64,000 nucleotides of DNA from Chloroflexota bacterium. GTDB lineage: Bacteria; Chloroflexota; Dehalococcoidia; Bin125. The position numbers and the translations under genes are program-made. Numbering within the stretch: position 1 is the first letter of the stretch; every line of letters begins with the position of its first letter. The notes beneath the pieces are model-generated. The model was not told where the DNA came from. It saw only the letters and a list, made by a program, of their open reading frames with translations, and searched no databases. Of the stretch, positions 59,429 to 64,000 are shown one piece after another. The stretch is from assembly GCA_028875225.1 (NCBI GenBank), contig JAPPFB010000018.1, positions 2,237 to 66,236 of the forward strand, in the 5' to 3' direction.

Positions 59429-60196
59429 ATGCATCGACTCGTCCTCTGCGTTGCTGCGGCCCTGCTGTTCGTCGCCTCGATACTCGGTTGCAACTCCACC
59501 GACAGGGTCAGCGGCGAGGTTCGATTCCACCGCGAGGTCGACCTGCCCGAAGGCGCGACAGTTACAGTGATGCTGCTTGATACATCGCTGGCCGACGCCT
59601 CCGCCATTGAACTGGGCCGCGACGTCATCGACGACGCCGAACGACTTCCGGTCCGATTTAGCATCGAGTACGACCCCGGCGAGCTCGACGGCCGAGCAGA
59701 AATCACGCTCAGCGCCCGCGTCGAGCTCGGCGACGAGCTGCTCTACATCAACGACACCGTGCATCCCGTCCTCACCCGAGGCGCCCCGCGCAACAGCGAC
59801 GTGAGTGTGATCTCAGTCAGCGAGTTCGACCAGTGCGTCGAGCCGCTGCGAGGGCAGATCCATTCCAGTTTCTGGGACGGCGACCTGCCCGACGACGCGG
59901 TCCTTGAGATTCGGCTCTGGGATGTCTCCGAACCGGAGGAACGGTTCGTCGTCGTTGAAGCGAGCTTCGAAGATCTCGGCGAATTCCCGATCCACTTTGA
60001 ATTGCCCTATGAAGGCGTCGAGATCAGCCGCCACCACCGCTACGAGCTCGAGGCCAACATCCGCTTCGACGGCGAGCTGCAGTTCCACATCCCCAACTCC
60101 GAATGGCGCCGCACCGTCCTGCCCTACTGTCCCGACGGCGACGACCTCTCCATCGTCAACGACGTCTTCCCCGTCTCTGAGTTCCCGGCAGATTGA
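59429..60196 (+). CDS. Lipoprotein with internally duplicated YbaY-like domain
   Basis: Signal peptide plus lipobox (ASILGC). Two ~100-aa repeats (EVRFHREVDLPEGATVTV... and EIRLWDVSEPEERFVVV...). Confidence 0.6.
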   Translation: MHRLVLCVAAALLFVASILGCNSTDRVSGEVRFHREVDLPEGATVTVMLLDTSLADASAIELGRDVIDDAERLPVRFSIEYDPGELDGRAEITLSARVELGDELLYINDTVHPVLTRGAPRNSDVSVISVSEFDQCVEPLRGQIHSSFWDGDLPDDAVLEIRLWDVSEPEERFVVVEASFEDLGEFPIHFELPYEGVEISRHHRYELEANIRFDGELQFHIPNSEWRRTVLPYCPDGDDLSIVNDVFPVSEFPAD

Positions 60197-60214
60197 AGCC
60201 TGCACGCCAAGCCC

Positions 60215-60300
60215 AACGAAAGTCGCCCCCCCGTAGGCGGGGGCGCCGGCTCAGATGGGCGCTGCGAGGCCCCGCCCCCGCATCAAGTGCGGGGCAGGCT
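60215..60300. terminator. Nested GC-rich hairpins downstream of lipoprotein gene
   Basis: CGCCCCCC-gtag-GCGGGGGCG and CCCCGCA-tcaag-TGCGGGG nested inside GGCCCCGC...GCGGGGCC. Confidence 0.4.
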
Positions 60301-60425
60301 GCGCGGGGCCGACCTTGATTCGGTTACTCATTTGTCGCTATGACTGACCTATGACTCATCAGCCTCAGGTGCGATAATGCCTACCGATCTGGTGCCTGTT
60401 CCGTCCGAATTCCGGAGAGACTGAC
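60300..60425. promoter_or_regulatory. Putative promoter/operator of acyl-CoA synthetase gene
   Basis: Relatively AT-rich stretch with TTGATT/TTGTCG -35-like and GATAAT -10-like hexamers and a direct repeat CTATGACT(g/c)A x2. GGAGAGA RBS before the ATG at 60426. Confidence 0.25.
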
Positions 60426-62015
60426 ATGGAAGTTCCGCTGCTAGTCAACGATTTTCTGCGCCGAGCATCGAAGCTCTACGGACCCTCCGAGGCCGTCGTC
60501 GACGGCGACCAACGCTTCACCTGGGCCGAGTTCAACAGCCGCGTGAATCAGCAGGCGCACGCGCTGCTCGACGCTGGCATCGGCAAGGGCGACCGCGTCG
60601 GCATCATCGCCCCCAACTCGCACCAGTTCCTAGAAACGTTCTACGCCACCGCCGCGATCGGCGCGGTCATCGTGCCGATGAACTACCGTCTGATTCCCGC
60701 CGACTTCGAGTACATGCTCGAACACTCCGGTTCGCAGGTCGTCCTCGTCGACGCCGAGTTCACCCACCTCGTCGATGAGATTCGCGGCAACGTCAACACC
60801 GTCGAGCATTTCATCGCCATCCCCTATGGCGACGCGCCGATCAATCCGGGCTGGACCAACTACGAGGACTGGATCGGCGAACAGTCGACCGCGCCGCCTC
60901 CTGATCCGGGACTGGAAGAGACCGATCTGCTCTCTATCAACTACACCTCGGGCACGACGGCTCGGCCCAAGGGTGTGATGATCACCCACCGCAACGCCTA
61001 CATCAACGCCTACAACTTCATCGCCCACCTGCGCATCTCGCAGGACGACGCCGAGATGTGGACGTTGCCGATGTTCCACGCCAACGGCTGGGGCGGTCCC
61101 TACGCGATCACGGCGATGGGCGGCAAGCATGTTGTCCTGCGCGCGCCCGAAGCGGCCGACATCTACCAGGTCATCCAAGACGAGAACTGCACCTTCGCCT
61201 GCATGGCTCCGGCCGTTCTGGCCCGCATCCTCGAATTCGAGCGCAAAGACGACTACAACATCACCGTCCGCCCGCGCTTCACGGTCGCCGGCGCGCCCCC
61301 GCCGCAATCGTTCATCGAGCGCCTGGAAAAGGAAATCGGCTGGGAGTTCATTCAGATCTACGGCCTGACTGAAACCTCGCCGATCCTCACCGTCTCCGAA
61401 GTCAAGCCCTACCTCGGCGCCGACGAGGACGGTTACTTCGGGACCAAGGTCCGCGCCGGACACGACGTGATCGGCGTCGAGGTGAAGGTCGTGCGCGACT
61501 CCGGCAAGGAGGTCGCCTGGGACGACGAAGAAGTCGGCGAAGTCGTCGCCCGCTCCAACGTGGTCCTGCGCGGTTACTGGCAGCAGCAGGAGGAGACCGA
61601 CAAGGTCATCGTCGACGGCTGGTTCCATACCGGAGACATGGCCACCGTCAACCTGGACGGCTACATCAACATCGTCGACCGCGCCAAGGACGTGATCATC
61701 TCCGGCGGAGAGAACATCTCCTCAATCGAAGTGGAAGACGTCCTCTACGACCACCCCGCCGTCCTCGAAGCCGCCGTCATCGGAGTCCCATCGGAGCAAT
61801 GGGGAGAAACCCCGCTCGCGTTAATCGTCCCCCGAGAAGGCCACGACGTCACCCGAGACGACATCGTCGCCCACTGCCGATCCACCATGGCCGGCTTCAA
61901 AATCCCCCGGCAAGTGGAGTTCGTGGAGACGTTGCCTCGGACGGCGACGGGCAAGTTGAAGAAGTTTGAACTCCGAGAGGCCTACTGGCAAGGCGTCGAA
62001 AAGCGGGTGAACTAA
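60426..62015 (+). CDS. Acyl-CoA synthetase / AMP-dependent ligase
   Basis: 529 aa. YTSGTTARPKGV AMP-binding motif. GYGLTET, GDMA, C-terminal K (GKLKKFELRE). Confidence 0.85.
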   Translation: MEVPLLVNDFLRRASKLYGPSEAVVDGDQRFTWAEFNSRVNQQAHALLDAGIGKGDRVGIIAPNSHQFLETFYATAAIGAVIVPMNYRLIPADFEYMLEHSGSQVVLVDAEFTHLVDEIRGNVNTVEHFIAIPYGDAPINPGWTNYEDWIGEQSTAPPPDPGLEETDLLSINYTSGTTARPKGVMITHRNAYINAYNFIAHLRISQDDAEMWTLPMFHANGWGGPYAITAMGGKHVVLRAPEAADIYQVIQDENCTFACMAPAVLARILEFERKDDYNITVRPRFTVAGAPPPQSFIERLEKEIGWEFIQIYGLTETSPILTVSEVKPYLGADEDGYFGTKVRAGHDVIGVEVKVVRDSGKEVAWDDEEVGEVVARSNVVLRGYWQQQEETDKVIVDGWFHTGDMATVNLDGYINIVDRAKDVIISGGENISSIEVEDVLYDHPAVLEAAVIGVPSEQWGETPLALIVPREGHDVTRDDIVAHCRSTMAGFKIPRQVEFVETLPRTATGKLKKFELREAYWQGVEKRVN

Positions 62016-62055
62016 CACCTTCCTCCATCAACGAGGTGACCCGAGCGGAAGACAA

Positions 62056-62527
62056 GACCTCACCCTCCGGGGGAGGTGCCCCGAAGGGGCGGAGGGGGCC
62101 CGACGAGCCGTCAGCCATGCCGAAACGCGATCGCGAGTACGCGCCACGAGAGCAGATCGAATTCGCCAGGAAGCTGCGCGCAAACGCCACCGATGCGGAG
62201 GTGCTTCTCTGGGGTCGACTCCGACGTCGCCAGGTCGCCGGGTGTCGGTTCCGACGTCAGCATCCGATTGGTCGGTATGTGGTCGACTTCGCATGCGTCT
62301 CTGAGCGTCTTGCCATCGAGCTTGACGGCGGTCAGCACGCTGAGCGACAGAAACGTGATGAAACCAGAGATCAAGAACTGAGAGCCAAGGGCTACCGCAT
62401 TCTCCGCTTCTGGAACCACGAAGTCCTTGGTGATCTTGACGCTGTCATAGACCGTATTGCGGCCGAATTGCCCTGACGGGCGGGCCCCCTCAGTCGCTTC
62501 GCGACAGCTCCCCCGGAGGGGGAGCTC
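62056..62527. mobile_element. Candidate small TIR element: DUF559 nuclease gene bracketed by inverted copies of the ~45 bp palindromic repeat
   Basis: Left unit GACCTCACCCTCCGGGGGAGGTGCCCCGAAGGGGCGGAGGGGGCC (62056-62100). Right unit in opposite orientation GGGCCCCCTCAGTCGCTTCGCGACAGCTCCCCCGGAGGGGGAGCTC (62482-62527). The enclosed DUF559 ORF has its ATG 16 nt after the left unit and its stop 5 nt before the right unit. The composite repeats elsewhere look like the same element with the interior removed. Confidence 0.45.
62117..62476 (+). CDS. DUF559 (Vsr-like / restriction-endonuclease-fold) protein
   Basis: Internal ATG (MPKRDREYAPREQIEFARKLRANATDAEVLLW...GCRFRRQHPIGRYVVDFACVSERLAIELDGGQH...KGYRILRFWNHEV) has the typical DUF559 layout. 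Track ORF 62036..62476 adds 27 repeat-derived codons. Confidence 0.75.
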   Translation: MPKRDREYAPREQIEFARKLRANATDAEVLLWGRLRRRQVAGCRFRRQHPIGRYVVDFACVSERLAIELDGGQHAERQKRDETRDQELRAKGYRILRFWNHEVLGDLDAVIDRIAAELP

Positions 62528-62531
62528 TTGG

Positions 62532-63461
62532 CTACCCCAGACACCCACTCAGGAAGTTGTTCACCCGATTCGTCGCGTCCATCCCCGCCGGCGTGGGGAA
62601 GCCGTCGAAGCCGTGCGGCGCGTCGGGGAAGACGTGCAACTCCGTCTCGTGACCCGCGGCTTGCCAGCGAGCGGCCATGAACAGTGAGTCGTCCAGCAAC
62701 GGATCCAGCGTCCCGACGGTGAAGATCGCCGGCGGCATGTCCGACAGATCGGCCAGCAGCGGGGTCACGTCGGGCAGCTCGCGCAGTTCCGGCTCCTCCG
62801 GCGTCACGTAGTGGTCGATGAACCACTCCATGATCGGCGACGAGAGAATCAGGTTGCGCTCGCCCCACAAACGCGCAGATGGGGAGTGGCGCAGGTCGTA
62901 GACGCCGTAAGTCAGCGCCGCGCCCTGGAAGCCGGTGTAGCCGTGGTTGTCGCGCATCCTGAGCAGCGTCGTCGCCGAGAGATGACCGCCGGCCGACTCG
63001 CCGCCGATCGTAAAGACATCGGTGCCGAACTCCGATTGCCCGTTCTCGACCAGCCAGACGGCAGCCGCCTCACAGTCCTCGTTCGGCGCCGGATACGGAT
63101 GCTCCGGCGCGAGCCGGTACCCGACCGAGACGACCGCCTGTTGCGTCGCCTGGGCGCGACCCCAGAGGCGCTCGTCGGCGCCGTCGTGCGAGCCGATCAC
63201 CCAGCCGCCGCCGTGGATGTGGAGGTACACGCCGCGCACGACCGGCGGGATGAAGACGCGCACGGGAATCTCACCCGCCGGCCCCGGCACCGACCGCTCC
63301 TGCGCGATGTCGTCCAGCTTCGCCGGCGGCGGACCGAATGGCCCGCCTTCAGCCAGCACATCGCGCAACTCTTGCGCCTCCATCTCGTGCCAGGGCTTGC
63401 CCTGCGCCGAGGCCTCCTCGATCATCACGTTCAACGCCTGCGTCTGTGGGTCGGGTCTCAT
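62532..63461 (-). CDS. Alpha/beta-hydrolase fold-3 esterase/lipase (HSL family)
   Basis: HGGGW oxyanion motif and GESAGGHL nucleophile elbow. Real start probably MRPDPQTQ (about 63461), because the first 16 track codons translate the repeat. Confidence 0.8.
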   Translation of the reverse strand: MRPDPQTQALNVMIEEASAQGKPWHEMEAQELRDVLAEGGPFGPPPAKLDDIAQERSVPGPAGEIPVRVFIPPVVRGVYLHIHGGGWVIGSHDGADERLWGRAQATQQAVVSVGYRLAPEHPYPAPNEDCEAAAVWLVENGQSEFGTDVFTIGGESAGGHLSATTLLRMRDNHGYTGFQGAALTYGVYDLRHSPSARLWGERNLILSSPIMEWFIDHYVTPEEPELRELPDVTPLLADLSDMPPAIFTVGTLDPLLDDSLFMAARWQAAGHETELHVFPDAPHGFDGFPTPAGMDATNRVNNFLSGCLG

Positions 63462-63482
63462 GGTGTGCTCCTGCCTGACGAA

Positions 63483-63527
63483 GACCTCCCCCTCCGGGGG
63501 AGGTGTCACGAAGTGACGGAGGGGGCC
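63483..63527. repeat. Single ~45 bp palindromic repeat unit
   Basis: GACCTCCCCCTCCGGGGGAGGTGTCACGAAGTGACGGAGGGGGCC, near-identical to the unit at 17114. Confidence 0.8.
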
Positions 63528-63582
63528 TACACTGCTACCTCCGCGAACTCACGAAGTATAGATATCCGACTTGGAGAGGCCG

Positions 63583-64000
63583 ATGTCACTCAGCGGACCC
63601 GCCCAGCCAGCATTCGACACGGCCTGTGAACTCCTTGACCGCATTCTCGCCGCCGCCGACGGACTCTCGGCCGCGCAGCTCGACGCCGCCCCCTGGGACG
63701 ACTCTTCCACCCTGTTCATCCTCGCCACCCACGCGATCTCGGCGACCGAGTGGAACTTCGTCGAAGTCCTCGCCGGCCAACAGGTCGACCGCAGCCGACA
63801 GGCCGAGTTTGATTCCCGCGCGGTCTCGGTTGACGATCCGCATCGCCTGCTGAGCGAGCGCCTGGCGGGCGCCAAAGCGGCAATTCAATCCGCGCTCGCC
63901 GGACTCTCCGACGACGCCTGGGACGGCCTGCACTACCACATGTTCATGGACAAGGACCTCAGCGGTCACGAGCTGGTCTGCCGAGCCCTCGCCCACACGG
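63583..64000 (+). CDS. DinB_2 / mycothiol-dependent maleylpyruvate isomerase N-terminal-domain-like protein; 3' end runs off window
   Basis: Own translation from ATG 63583 (GGAGAGG RBS): MSLSGPAQPAFDTACELLDRILAAADGLSAAQLDAAPWDDSSTLFILATHAISATEWNF... stays open to the window end. High GC3. Confidence 0.55.
   Translation, partial: MSLSGPAQPAFDTACELLDRILAAADGLSAAQLDAAPWDDSSTLFILATHAISATEWNFVEVLAGQQVDRSRQAEFDSRAVSVDDPHRLLSERLAGAKAAIQSALAGLSDDAWDGLHYHMFMDKDLSGHELVCRALAHT

Overview
This is a 64 kb, high-GC (roughly 65-68% by eye) bacterial chromosomal segment with GGAGG-type ribosome-binding sites. It is densely coding on both strands: about 57 CDS and one tRNA-Pro(CGG). There is no rRNA, no CRISPR array and no integrase, transposase or phage gene. 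The dominant theme is acyl-CoA and organic-acid metabolism. Eight family III CoA-transferase genes (CaiB/BaiF type) carry ten catalytic domains between them, because two of the genes are tandem didomain fusions. Around them sit a family I CoA-transferase, an enoyl-CoA hydratase, a methylmalonyl-CoA epimerase-like VOC protein, a biotin carboxylase/BCCP, an acyl-CoA synthetase, two MFS transporters, a patatin and many alpha/beta hydrolases, amidohydrolase, MBL, LLM and SDR oxidoreductases. Housekeeping and stress genes include katG, an aquaporin, a rhodanese, coaE, tag, rmuC, pepN, pepP, an S9 peptidase, a citramalate-synthase-like gene and a Grx-TrxR fusion. The most unusual non-genic signal is a family of ~45 bp internally palindromic repeat units, consensus close to GAGCTCCCCCTCTGGGGGAGCTGTCGCGGAGCGACTGAGGGGGC. 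It occurs at 8 intergenic loci (11-12 copies), singly or as inverted pairs about 120 bp long. One inverted pair brackets a DUF559 (Vsr-like) nuclease gene, which looks like a small terminal-inverted-repeat element with MITE-like deleted derivatives. Other notable calls are an archaeal-style split PurH (AICARFT-only gene plus PurO-type IMP cyclohydrolase), a J-domain-flavin-reductase fusion, a retropepsin-like aspartic protease in a lower-GC pocket, two paralogous PIN toxin modules, and a 429 bp lower-GC non-coding region. All functional calls come from reading motifs in the translations, and no database search was possible. Self-derived coordinates may be off by 1-3 nt.
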